Positions 7,836-16,412 of a stretch of DNA of 64,000 nt are shown piece after piece. Both the position numbers and the translations under genes were made by a program. The notes under the pieces were generated by a model. That model did not search any database, had not been told where the DNA came from, and saw only the letters and a list, made by a program, of their open reading frames with translations. The DNA is from Candidatus Methylomirabilota bacterium. GTDB lineage: Bacteria > Methylomirabilota > Methylomirabilia > Rokubacteriales > CSP1-6. The stretch's first letter is position 1. Each line of letters opens with the position of its first letter. The stretch spans positions 23,794 to 87,793 of the forward strand of contig DASTOJ010000005.1 of assembly GCA_035762565.1 (NCBI GenBank), written 5' to 3'.

Positions 7836-8402
7836 GACCCAGCTCGCGGCCGATCAGGCGGATCATGTCCAGATCGGTCATGTCGAGGACCTGGAGCATG
7901 ACGCGGCCGATCCCCGCGGACTCCCAGCGCGCCAGGTCACGACGGATCTCGTCGGGCATCCCGTGCAGGAACCCGGCGGCGCGCCAGCCGGCGGCGTCCT
8001 CGGGCAACCGCGGAACACCGCGCGCGCCCGGGCGCGGCGCGCATCGGCCTCGGCCGCCGTGCGGCCCGCCAGCACCGGCACCATCAGCGACCGCCGGATG
8101 GCCGCGGGATCGCGCCCGACGGCCCGGCAGTGCGTCTCCAGCACCCGGCACCTGGCCGCGTACTCCTCCGGCGTGACCCGCGTGACGTTCCACTCGTCGG
8201 CGTGCTCGGCCACGATCCTGAGCGTGCGCCGCTCGCCGCGTCCGCCGACGATGAGCGGAACGCCGCCGCCCGGCGGGACGGGCAACGACTGCGCCTCGCG
8301 TAGCGGGTAGTATGGCTGTTCGAGCGTCACGGGGCGTCCCTGCCAGAGCGCACGGATCGTGCGGGCCCCGCACTCCAGGCGGTCCAGGCGCTCCTTGAGC
8401 GG
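7831..8402 (-). pseudogene. LLM-class (luciferase-like, F420-type) oxidoreductase remnant, 5'-truncated and frameshifted
   Basis: One frame reads PLKERLDRLECGARTIRALWQGRPVTLEQPYYPLREAQSLPVPPGGGVPLIVGGRGERRTLRIVAEHADEWNV. The C-terminal AGFLHGMPDEIRRDLARWESAGIGRVMLQV lies in another frame, with the switch near 8010-8035. The ~130 N-terminal residues are absent. Confidence 0.6.
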
Positions 8403-8482
8403 CCCGGGTGCGGAGGAGTTTGCGCCGGTCCGGCGGCGCCCGTATCATACGGCCAGATCCGCCCAGTCCAGCCGGAGGGGCC

Positions 8483-11400
8483 ATGTCGATCGCAACCGGC
8501 GACTTCTCGCTCGACGCGAAGTACCGCCAGGAAGAGGGCGTCATCTTCCTGTCGGGGATCCAGGCGCTCGTGCGGCTGCCGCTCGACCAGCACCGGGCCG
8601 ACCGCCGCCGCGGGCTCAACACGGCCACGCTGATCTCCGGCTATCGCGGCTCGCCGCTCGGCGGGCTCGACCTCACGCTCGAGCGCAACCAACCCCTCTT
8701 GCGCGAGCACCAGGTGGTCTTCATCTCCGGCCTCAACGAGGACCTTGGCGCCACCGCCGTCTACGGCAGCCAGCTCGCCAACTTCTTCCCGCAGCCGAAG
8801 TACGACGGCGTGCTCGGCATGTGGTACGGCAAGGGCCCCGGCGTCGACCGCACCGGCGACATCTTCAAGCACGCCAACTTCGCCGGCGTGGGCCGTCACG
8901 GGGGCGTGCTGGCGCTCGGCGGCGACGACCCGCTGTCGAAGTCCTCCACGCTGCCGACGCACTCCGAGGTGGCGTTCTATGACGCGCAGTTCCCGGTGCT
9001 CTTCCCGGGCAGCGTGCAGGAGATCCTCGACCTGGGCCGGCTCGGCTTCGAGCTGTCACGCTACTCGGGCCTGTGGGTCGGGTTCAAGATCGTGACCAAC
9101 GTCGCCGACGAGATCGGCACGGCCGACGTGGCCCCGGACCGGGTGACGATCGTCGACCCGGGCTTCGAGTTCGAGGGCAGGCCCTGGCGCCACAGCCAGA
9201 ATCCGACGCTGCTGCCGCCGTTCGGCCTGGAGATGGAGCGCGAGATCTTCTACGGACGCCTGGAGGCCGCGCGGGCGTTCGCCGCCGCCAACCGCCTCAA
9301 CCGGATCACGCTCGACACCGCCGACGCCTGGCTCGGTCTGGTGGCCGCCGGCAAGACGTACTACGACCTCCGCGAGGCGCTGCGCGAGCTGGGGCTGGAC
9401 GACGCGGCTCTCCGCCGCCACGGCATCCGCATCCTCAAAGTGGGCATGCTCTACCCGATGGAGGCCGCCGTCGTGCGGCAGTTCGCGCGAGGACTCGAGG
9501 AGATCGTCGTCGTCGAGGAGAAGCGCTCGTTCGTGGAGCTGTTCGTGCGCGACGTCCTCTACAACGACGCCGTGCACCCGCCGGTGGTCGGCAAGCGCGA
9601 CGAGCGGGGGCGCCCGCTGGTACCGGGCAACGGCGAGCTGGACGCCGACCGCATCGCCCAGATCGTGGCCAGCCGCTTGGAGCGCAAGCTCCAGCTGGAG
9701 TCGATCACGGCGCGGGTGGCGTTGCTGGAGGCGCTGCGCGAGCGGCCGGCGCCGCTGACGCTGGCGCGCCAGCCGTACTTCTGCTCGGGCTGCCCGCACA
9801 ACCGCTCGACCCAGGTGCCCGACGGCTCGATGGCCGCGGCCGGCATCGGCTGTCACGGCATGGCGCTCACGATGCCGGAGCGCCGCACGGCCGGCGTCAC
9901 CCACATGGGGGGCGAGGGCGTGCAGTGGGTGGGGATGGCGCCGTTCACGAGCATCCCCCACATGTTCCAGAACCTGGGCGACGGCACGTTTTTCCACTCC
10001 GGCTCGCTGGCGATCCGCCAGGCGATCGCGGCCGGCACCAGCGTGACCTACAAGATCCTCTACAACTCCGCGGTCGCGATGACCGGCGGGCAGGACGCCG
10101 CGGGCGCCGTGCCGGTCCCGGACCTGACGCGGATGCTGGAGGCCGAGGGCGCGAAGCGGATCATCGTCATGACCGACGAGCCGGACAAGTACGGGCGCGG
10201 CGTCCGGTGGGCCCAGGGCGTGGAGGTGTGGCACCGCGACCGGCTCGACGAGGCCCAGCGGATCCTGCGCGAGACCCCGGGCGTGACGGTGCTGGTCTAC
10301 GACCAGCGGTGCGCGGCCGAGAAGCGGCGGCTGCGCAAGCGCGGCAAGCTCCCCGACCCGGCCATGCGCGTGGTGATCAACGAGGCCGTGTGCGAGGGGT
10401 GCGGCGACTGCGGGGTGAAGTCGAACTGCCTCAGCGTGCACCCCGTCGAGACGGAGTTCGGCCGCAAGACGCAGATCCACCAGTCGTCCTGCAACAAGGA
10501 CTACTCGTGCCTGCGCGGCGACTGCCCGTCGTTCGTCACCGTGGTGCCGCTCGGCGCGACCCGGAAGAAGGAGCGGACGGTGTTCACGGTGGACCGCCCG
10601 TTGCCGGAGCCCGTGCTCCGCGTGCCGCGCGACGCCAACGTGTTCATGATGGGCATCGGCGGCACCGGCGTGGTGACGGTCAACCAGGTGCTCGGCACCG
10701 CGGCGCTCCTGGACGGCAAGCACGTCCGAGGCCTCGACCAGACCGGCCTCAGCCAGAAGGGCGGGCCGGTGGTCTCCCACCTGAAGATCACCGAGCGACC
10801 CGACGAGGTGTCGAACAAGGTCGCGGCCGGCGCCGCCGACTGCTACCTGGGCTTCGACATCCTGGTGGCGACCTCGCCGCAGAACCTGGACCATGCGCGA
10901 CCCGACCGCACGATCGCCGTCATCTCGTCGAGCCAGGTCCCGACCGGCGCGATGGTGAGCCACACCGACGTGCCGTTCCCCGACGCCGGCGGGCTGCAGA
11001 CCTCGGTCGACCGCGTGACGCGCAAGGACGAGAACGTCTATCTCGACGCCCTCGGGCTGGCCGAGACGCTCTTCGACGACCACATGGCCGCCAACATGCT
11101 CGTGCTGGGCGCGGCCTACCAGGCCGGCGCGATCCCGGTGAGCGCCGAGGCCATCGAGCGCGCGCTCACGATCAACGGCGTGTCCGTCGGCATGAACACC
11201 CAGGCCTTCCGGGCCGGCCGGCTGCTCGTGGCCGACCCCGCCTGGGTGGCGACCGTCAGGCGGACGCGGCTGGGCGCGGTGGAGACGACGGCGCCGCTCA
11301 CGGCGGCGGCCCGGGCCCTGATCGACCGGGTCGGCGCCGCCGGCGAGCTGCGGCGACTGCTGGAGGTGCGCGTTCCCGAGCTGATCGCCTACCAGGACGA

Positions 11401-11953
11401 GCGCTACGCCCGCGAGTACGTCGACGTCGTGGCCCGCGTGCGTGCCGCCGAGCAGGCGGTGGTGCCGGGCGACACGCGCTTGGGCGAGGCCGTCGCCCGC
11501 CACCTGTTCAAGCTCATGGCCTACAAGGACGAGTACGAGGTGGCGCGCCTGCACCTGCAGGCCGACCTCGGCCGCGCGCTGGCCGCGGAGTTCCCCGGCG
11601 GCGTGCGCGTGCACTACAACCTGCACCCGCCGCTGCTGCGGGCGCTCGGCCTCGGCCGCAAGCTGAAGTTCGGGCCGTGGTTCGACGGCGTGTTCCGGGT
11701 GCTGGCTTCGCTGAAGGGTCTTCGCGGCACCGCGCTGGATCCGTTCGGCCGCGCCCAGGTGCGCCGGGTCGAGCGCGCGCTGCCGGCGGAGTACCGCGCG
11801 CTCATCGAGCGCCTGCTCGGCGGCCTGACGCCCGCCACCTACGAGCGCGCCGTCGGCGCCGCCCGCCTGCCGGACCTCATCCGCGGCTACGAGGACATCA
11901 AGCTCCGCAACGTCGAGAAGTTCCGCGACGAGGTCCGCAAGCTCGGGGTCTAG
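8483..11953 (+). CDS. indolepyruvate/2-oxoacid:ferredoxin oxidoreductase family protein (fused alpha/beta type)
   Basis: ATG at 8483 preceded by GGAGGGG. Motifs: GIQALVRLPLDQ, ISGYRGSPLGG, GMWYGKGPGVDR, 4Fe-4S motif CEGCGDCGVKSNC, CPSF. Confidence 0.9.
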   Translation: MSIATGDFSLDAKYRQEEGVIFLSGIQALVRLPLDQHRADRRRGLNTATLISGYRGSPLGGLDLTLERNQPLLREHQVVFISGLNEDLGATAVYGSQLANFFPQPKYDGVLGMWYGKGPGVDRTGDIFKHANFAGVGRHGGVLALGGDDPLSKSSTLPTHSEVAFYDAQFPVLFPGSVQEILDLGRLGFELSRYSGLWVGFKIVTNVADEIGTADVAPDRVTIVDPGFEFEGRPWRHSQNPTLLPPFGLEMEREIFYGRLEAARAFAAANRLNRITLDTADAWLGLVAAGKTYYDLREALRELGLDDAALRRHGIRILKVGMLYPMEAAVVRQFARGLEEIVVVEEKRSFVELFVRDVLYNDAVHPPVVGKRDERGRPLVPGNGELDADRIAQIVASRLERKLQLESITARVALLEALRERPAPLTLARQPYFCSGCPHNRSTQVPDGSMAAAGIGCHGMALTMPERRTAGVTHMGGEGVQWVGMAPFTSIPHMFQNLGDGTFFHSGSLAIRQAIAAGTSVTYKILYNSAVAMTGGQDAAGAVPVPDLTRMLEAEGAKRIIVMTDEPDKYGRGVRWAQGVEVWHRDRLDEAQRILRETPGVTVLVYDQRCAAEKRRLRKRGKLPDPAMRVVINEAVCEGCGDCGVKSNCLSVHPVETEFGRKTQIHQSSCNKDYSCLRGDCPSFVTVVPLGATRKKERTVFTVDRPLPEPVLRVPRDANVFMMGIGGTGVVTVNQVLGTAALLDGKHVRGLDQTGLSQKGGPVVSHLKITERPDEVSNKVAAGAADCYLGFDILVATSPQNLDHARPDRTIAVISSSQVPTGAMVSHTDVPFPDAGGLQTSVDRVTRKDENVYLDALGLAETLFDDHMAANMLVLGAAYQAGAIPVSAEAIERALTINGVSVGMNTQAFRAGRLLVADPAWVATVRRTRLGAVETTAPLTAAARALIDRVGAAGELRRLLEVRVPELIAYQDERYAREYVDVVARVRAAEQAVVPGDTRLGEAVARHLFKLMAYKDEYEVARLHLQADLGRALAAEFPGGVRVHYNLHPPLLRALGLGRKLKFGPWFDGVFRVLASLKGLRGTALDPFGRAQVRRVERALPAEYRALIERLLGGLTPATYERAVGAARLPDLIRGYEDIKLRNVEKFRDEVRKLGV

Positions 11954-12019
11954 CCTGTCCGTCCGTCACTGGCACCGCCCTTGCCCGTTTTAGTCACTGA
12001 CAGCACAGGGAGGTGCACG

Positions 12020-12898
12020 ATGAAAAAAGTACTGCTGGCGATTCTTTCGATGGGTGTCGCGGCGCTCGCGGTGCCGGTCGCGGCGGCGCAGACCTCGTTG
12101 GGCAACGTGCTCGTGGCCGACGGCCTCGCGCTCCCGCGCGATCACCGGTACGAGCGGTACGACACGGTCAACCAGACCTACTCCCGGGTGGACGTGAACC
12201 AGGTGCCGAACCTGGTGCGGCAGAAGGCGCCGGTCTACGACCGCACCGCGAAGGCGTGGGTCTTCTCCAGCAACACCGGCTTCAACTCCGCGTACTCGGC
12301 CTCGTCGGCCGCCCAGGGACAGCAGGGGGACTGGAACCGCGGCAACTGGAACCGTCCAAGCGGCAACTGGGACCGAAGCGACAGCAGCTGGGCGCGCGTC
12401 AACGGCACGGTGACGGCGATCAGCGGCGACGACGTGACGGTTCGCGAGGACGGCGGCCGGCAGGTCGTCGCGAACCTGTCCGAGGCCCGCACGCGCCTGC
12501 GGGACGGTCTCAAGGTCGGCGACCGGATCTCGATCGTCGGGATCCCGACGGGGCCGGACCGTCTGAACGCGCGCGCGGTGCGCGAGCGGGGGACCGGCGA
12601 CACGGCAACCCGCGGCCCGCAGGACGACGGCTGGCAGCACATCCACGGGCGCGTGCAGTCGGTCCAGGGTACCTCCATGACCTTCCGGACCGACGACGGC
12701 CGCACGCTTGCCGTGGACCTCTCTCCGGTCAGCCCGCAGATCCGCCAGGGGCTCCGGCAGGGCGAGGGCGCCACGGTCGTCGGCTACGACTGGATGGGGC
12801 CGAACCAGCTCCGCGCCGAGTACGTGCAGCAGGACTCGTCGGACCCGTCGCGGGGAGGGTCGGCGACCCCGTCGGCCTCGCCGGGCTGGCGGCGCTGA
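12020..12898 (+). CDS. secreted hypothetical protein with two DUF5666-like internal repeats
   Basis: ATG at 12020 after GGGAGG. Signal peptide MKKVLLAILSMGVAALAVPVAAAQ. Two similar modules: NGTVTAISGDDVTVREDGGRQVVANLS...VGDRISIVG and HGRVQSVQGTSMTFRTDDGRTLAVDLS...GEGATVVG. GNW/DW repeats are also present. Confidence 0.65.
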   Translation: MKKVLLAILSMGVAALAVPVAAAQTSLGNVLVADGLALPRDHRYERYDTVNQTYSRVDVNQVPNLVRQKAPVYDRTAKAWVFSSNTGFNSAYSASSAAQGQQGDWNRGNWNRPSGNWDRSDSSWARVNGTVTAISGDDVTVREDGGRQVVANLSEARTRLRDGLKVGDRISIVGIPTGPDRLNARAVRERGTGDTATRGPQDDGWQHIHGRVQSVQGTSMTFRTDDGRTLAVDLSPVSPQIRQGLRQGEGATVVGYDWMGPNQLRAEYVQQDSSDPSRGGSATPSASPGWRR

Positions 12899-12919
12899 CC
12901 ACGACGGCCGCAGCTCCGA

Positions 12920-13351
12920 TCAGTCGTCGTCGGCCGGCCGCGTCCGCTGGCGCTTGAGCGCCGCCCGGCGTCGCTTGACGTCGAGGCGGCGCTGCTCGGC
13001 GCCGGCGGGCGTCCGCGTCGCCACCCGCGGGCGTGGCGGCACCAGCGCCGCCGCCACGAGCCGCCGGACCTTCTCCCGCGCGTCCTCCACGTTGCGCGCC
13101 TGATTGCGGCTGGCCTGGCTGGTCACCACGAGGCGGCCGGTCGCGTCGAGCCGAGGGCGGGCCAGCGCCTGAAGCCGCGCCCGCGCCGCCTCGGACAGGC
13201 CCTCGACGGCGTCGAGCTCCACGCGCAGCTCCACCTTGGTGGCGACCTTGTTCACGTTCTGGCCACCCGGGCCCGAGGCCCGCACCGCGCGCTGGGTGAC
13301 CGCGCGGCCCGGCACGCGCACACCCTCCACGACCGCGATCGCCTCGCTCAC
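12920..13351 (-). CDS. arfB: alternative ribosome-rescue factor ArfB (peptidyl-tRNA hydrolase, GGQ family)
   Basis: GTG at 13351. Motifs: ASGPGGQNVNKVATKVELR, TSQASRNQARN. Basic C-terminal tail of Arg/Lys. Confidence 0.85.
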   Translation of the reverse strand: MSEAIAVVEGVRVPGRAVTQRAVRASGPGGQNVNKVATKVELRVELDAVEGLSEAARARLQALARPRLDATGRLVVTSQASRNQARNVEDAREKVRRLVAAALVPPRPRVATRTPAGAEQRRLDVKRRRAALKRQRTRPADDD

Positions 13352-13378
13352 GCGGCCATTGTAGCGGCATAATTCGAT

Positions 13379-13471
13379 GGCAGTGCGAGCCGAGGCGCCG
13401 CAGGCGGCGAGGCGAGCCTGTGAACGGAAGGCAGTGCGAGCCGAGGCGCCGCAGGCGGCAAGGCGAGCCTG
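13379..13471. repeat. two tandem 42-nt repeat units separated by 9 nt (GCGAGCC-core repeat)
   Basis: GGCAGTGCGAGCCGAGGCGCCGCAGGCGGCGAGGCGAGCCTG occurs at 13379-13420 and again at 13430-13471, with one mismatch. Confidence 0.85.
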
Positions 13472-13488
13472 AGATGCCAGGAGGGACC

Positions 13489-13755
13489 ATGAAGAGCCTG
13501 GAGCAGCAGTGGCAAGTGGTGCAGAGTCAGCTCGAGCAGCTCCGCAAGCAGGTGGAGAAAGCGCGGGGCCAGGCGCGCAAGCGCATGAAGCGCCTGGAGC
13601 GGCGCACGCGGGTCGCGGTGGCGCGGGCGCTGCGCAAGGCCGAGCCGCAGGTCCGCGAGGCCGTGAGCGAGGCCGCACGGGTGGGCCGCGGGCTGCGGGC
13701 CGGCGTCAAGGCGGGCGCCGCGGCCTACCGCGCGACCGCGCGGACCAAGAAGTGA
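13489..13755 (+). CDS. small basic coiled-coil hypothetical protein
   Basis: ATG at 13489 preceded by AGGAGGGA. The sequence MKSLEQQWQVVQSQLEQLRKQVEKARGQARKRMKRLE has heptad-like character. Confidence 0.5.
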   Translation: MKSLEQQWQVVQSQLEQLRKQVEKARGQARKRMKRLERRTRVAVARALRKAEPQVREAVSEAARVGRGLRAGVKAGAAAYRATARTKK

Positions 13756-13780
13756 GCGCGGGGGCGAGGCGGCTCCCGCG

Positions 13781-15499
13781 GTGACCGTCGGCCAGCGCCG
13801 CCGGCTCACGGCCGTCGCGCGTGGCGCCGCCCCGGCCGATCTCTACGTCCGCGGCGGCACGCTCCTCAACGTCTACACGGGCGAGATCTATTCCGCCAAC
13901 GTCGCGGTCGCCGGCGAGCGGATCGCCTACGTCGGGACGCGCGACGACATGGTGGGGCCCCGGACGAGCACGCTCGACGCCGGCGGGCGGATCCTCGTCC
14001 CCGGCTACATCGATCCGCACGTGCATCCGGCGCACATGGTGACGCCGTCGAGCCTGGCCCGGCACCTGCTGCCGCTCGGCACCACGACCGTGTTCGCCGA
14101 CACCCTGCAGATCTGGGAGCTGGGGGGACTCCGCGCCTTTCGTACGGTCGCCGACGCGCTGGCGCGCTCGCCGCTGAAGTTCTACTGGATGATCCGGGTG
14201 CACGCGCAGGCGCGCTCGACCGACGAGGCGGCGCGGTATCGGCCGCGAGACCTCGCGCGCGCGCTCGCGCACCCGTGGACGTTCGCGGCCGGCGAGGTGA
14301 CGCGCTGGCCCGAGGTGTGGGGCGGCGACGCCGGCCTGCTCGGCCGTCTCGACCTGGCGCTCGCGCGCGGGCAGCGCGTCGAGGGGCACACCGCCGGGGC
14401 CGCCGCCGACAAGATCGCCTCCCTCGCCGCCGGCGGCCTCACCTCCGACCACGAACCGATCACCGCCCGCGAGGTGCTGGACCGCGCGCGCCAGGGCATC
14501 GCCGTGATGCTGCGCGACTCGTCGCTGCGGCCCGACCTGGTGGGCCTGCTCGACGCCCTCAAGGAAGCGCCCGCGCTCGCCTCGCGGCTCATGCTCACCA
14601 CCGACGGCTCGATGCCCGCCTTCATCCGCGACCACGGCTTCGTGGATCACCTCATCCGGGTGGCGCTCGGGCGCGGCCTCGCGCCCATCGACGCCTATCG
14701 CATGGCCACGCTGAACCCGGCGACCTACCTCGGCCGCGACCGCGATCTGGGCGGCATCGCGCCCGGCCGCTACGCCGACCTCTGCCTGCTCCGCGACCTC
14801 GCCGAGCCGCGGCCAGAGCTGGTCGTCGCGCGCGGGCGACTGGCCGCCCGTGACGGCCGCGTGCTCGTGCCTGTGCCGGAGCCGGACTGGCGCCGGGCGT
14901 TCGTCACGCCCCGGGCGCGGCTGACGGTGGGCTGGCGCGCCCGGCCGGAGGACTTCCGGTTGCCGCCGCGCGCGAGCTATCCGGTCGCGCGCCTGGTCAG
15001 CGCCGTGATCACGCGCCTGGAAGAGCGCGCCCAGGTTGCGGGCGACCTGTACGCCGCGCTGCTCGACCGCGCCGGCCGCTGGGTCGCCCCGGGGCTGGTC
15101 GCCGGCTTCGGCGAGCGTGTCGACGGCCTGGCCACGACGATCACCACCGACTTCAACATCCTCGTGCTCGGCCGGCGCCCGGAGGCGATGGCGCGGGCCG
15201 TGAACCGGCTGCTGGCGGTGCGCGGGGGCGTCGTGCTCGTCGACGGCGAGCGGGTGGCGCTGGAGATTCCGCTGCCGCTCGGCGGCGTGATGACGCGCCT
15301 GAGTCTGCTGGAGGCGGCCGCTCGCGAGGACGCGCTGCGGGCGGCGCTGGTCGCGCGTGGCTATCCGCACCACGAGCCGATGTTCACCCTGTTCTTTCTC
15401 GCCGCCGACTTCCTGCCGTTCGTGCGCCTGTCACCGCGCGGCGTCTGGGACGTCAAGCAGGGCCGGGTGCTGCTCCCCCGACGCGCGCGCCGGCCCTGA
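13781..15499 (+). CDS. adenine deaminase family amidohydrolase
   Basis: Motifs: LYVRGGTLLNVYTGEI, ILVPGYIDPHVHP, LPLGTTTVFAD, EGHTAGA, TDG. The length of 572 aa is typical of Ade. Confidence 0.7.
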   Translation: MTVGQRRRLTAVARGAAPADLYVRGGTLLNVYTGEIYSANVAVAGERIAYVGTRDDMVGPRTSTLDAGGRILVPGYIDPHVHPAHMVTPSSLARHLLPLGTTTVFADTLQIWELGGLRAFRTVADALARSPLKFYWMIRVHAQARSTDEAARYRPRDLARALAHPWTFAAGEVTRWPEVWGGDAGLLGRLDLALARGQRVEGHTAGAAADKIASLAAGGLTSDHEPITAREVLDRARQGIAVMLRDSSLRPDLVGLLDALKEAPALASRLMLTTDGSMPAFIRDHGFVDHLIRVALGRGLAPIDAYRMATLNPATYLGRDRDLGGIAPGRYADLCLLRDLAEPRPELVVARGRLAARDGRVLVPVPEPDWRRAFVTPRARLTVGWRARPEDFRLPPRASYPVARLVSAVITRLEERAQVAGDLYAALLDRAGRWVAPGLVAGFGERVDGLATTITTDFNILVLGRRPEAMARAVNRLLAVRGGVVLVDGERVALEIPLPLGGVMTRLSLLEAAAREDALRAALVARGYPHHEPMFTLFFLAADFLPFVRLSPRGVWDVKQGRVLLPRRARRP

Positions 15500-15506
15500 G
15501 GACGTG

Positions 15507-16412
15507 ATGGCGGCCGCCCGCGCGCGCGCCGGGCTGGCGACGCTCATCGCCGCGCTCACCCTCGCCGGGGCGGCGGCGCCGGCGGGGACCTTCACGCGCG
15601 GCACGCTCGAGGGCCGCCTCTATCGCGTCTGGGTCCCCCCCCGGCCGGCCTCCGGCAGCCCCCTCGTGGTCGGGCTGCACGGCTGCTGGCAGACTCCGGA
15701 GGACTTCGCTCTCGGCTCGCGGCTGAACGAGGCCGCCGAACGGCGCGGCCTCGTCGTCGTCTATCCCGCCCAGAGCCGCCGGGAGAATCCCTACCGTTGC
15801 TGGAACTGGTTCGAGCCCGCTCAGCAGACGGCGGCCGGCAGGGAGACGCGCCAGATCCTCGCCATCGCCCGCCGCGTGCAGGCCGAGCGCGGCCTGGGTG
15901 AGGGCCGCCTGCTGGCGATCGGCTTCTCCGCGGGCGCGTTCATGGCCGTGAACCTGGCGTGCGCGGCGCCGGACGCGGTGGCGGGCATCGGCTCGCTCGC
16001 CGGCGGCCCCTTTCGGTGCGCCGACGGCCCCGAGGCCGCGATCCAGTGCCTGCGCGGCCAGTTCCGCGACGGCGCTGCGGCCGCCACCGCCTGCGCTGGC
16101 GGCCGCGGGAGGAACTGGCGCGTCTCGCTCTGGCACGGCGCCCTCGATGCCGTGGTCAGCCCCGCCAACCTGACCGTGCTGGAGACCATGTTCGCGCGCC
16201 TGCTCCGTGTCGACGCCGGTGCCACCACCACCGAAAAGGGCATCGTGCGCGCCGTGTACCGGGACGCGCGCGGCGCCCCGGTGCTCGAGACGTGGCTGGT
16301 CCGGGGCATGGGGCACGCGTGGAGCGGCGGCGACCCGGGCGGGACCTACACCTGGGCCCCCGGCCCCTCCGCCACCGAGCGCATGCTCGACTTCCTGCTG
16401 GGGGCTCCCTGA
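15507..16412 (+). CDS. PHB depolymerase family esterase (secreted)
   Basis: Signal peptide. Motifs: VGLHGCWQTPEDF, VVVYPAQSRRENPYRCWNWF, GFSAGAFMA. Confidence 0.8.
   Translation: MAAARARAGLATLIAALTLAGAAAPAGTFTRGTLEGRLYRVWVPPRPASGSPLVVGLHGCWQTPEDFALGSRLNEAAERRGLVVVYPAQSRRENPYRCWNWFEPAQQTAAGRETRQILAIARRVQAERGLGEGRLLAIGFSAGAFMAVNLACAAPDAVAGIGSLAGGPFRCADGPEAAIQCLRGQFRDGAAAATACAGGRGRNWRVSLWHGALDAVVSPANLTVLETMFARLLRVDAGATTTEKGIVRAVYRDARGAPVLETWLVRGMGHAWSGGDPGGTYTWAPGPSATERMLDFLLGAP

Noticed and set aside
7576-7901. Mirror-image ORFs of 79-118 aa on both strands of the palindromic element (7598..7837 +, 7576..7818 -, 7617..7901 +, 7440..7796 -). There are analogous ORFs at 31787-32271.
   Set aside because: Their similarity to each other is a trivial consequence of the DNA palindrome. 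They have no start context and no homology.
9073-12000. A 975-aa + strand ORF in an alternative frame of the IOR-family gene. Similar alternative-frame ORFs occur at 634-1647, 1596-3998, 4374-5483, 24119-26395, 28838-30388 and 35724-36440.
   Set aside because: These are out-of-frame or upstream extensions of genes whose real frame is fixed by conserved motifs. Their translated sequence is Arg/Pro/Gly-rich with no motifs.
13377-13472. A mini-ORF (MAVRAEAPQAARRACERKAVRAEAPQAARRA) reading through the tandem repeat, and the possibility that the repeat is a CRISPR array.
   Set aside because: There are only two repeat units with a 9-nt spacer, far from CRISPR geometry. The mini-ORF merely reflects the repeat and lacks a ribosome-binding site.
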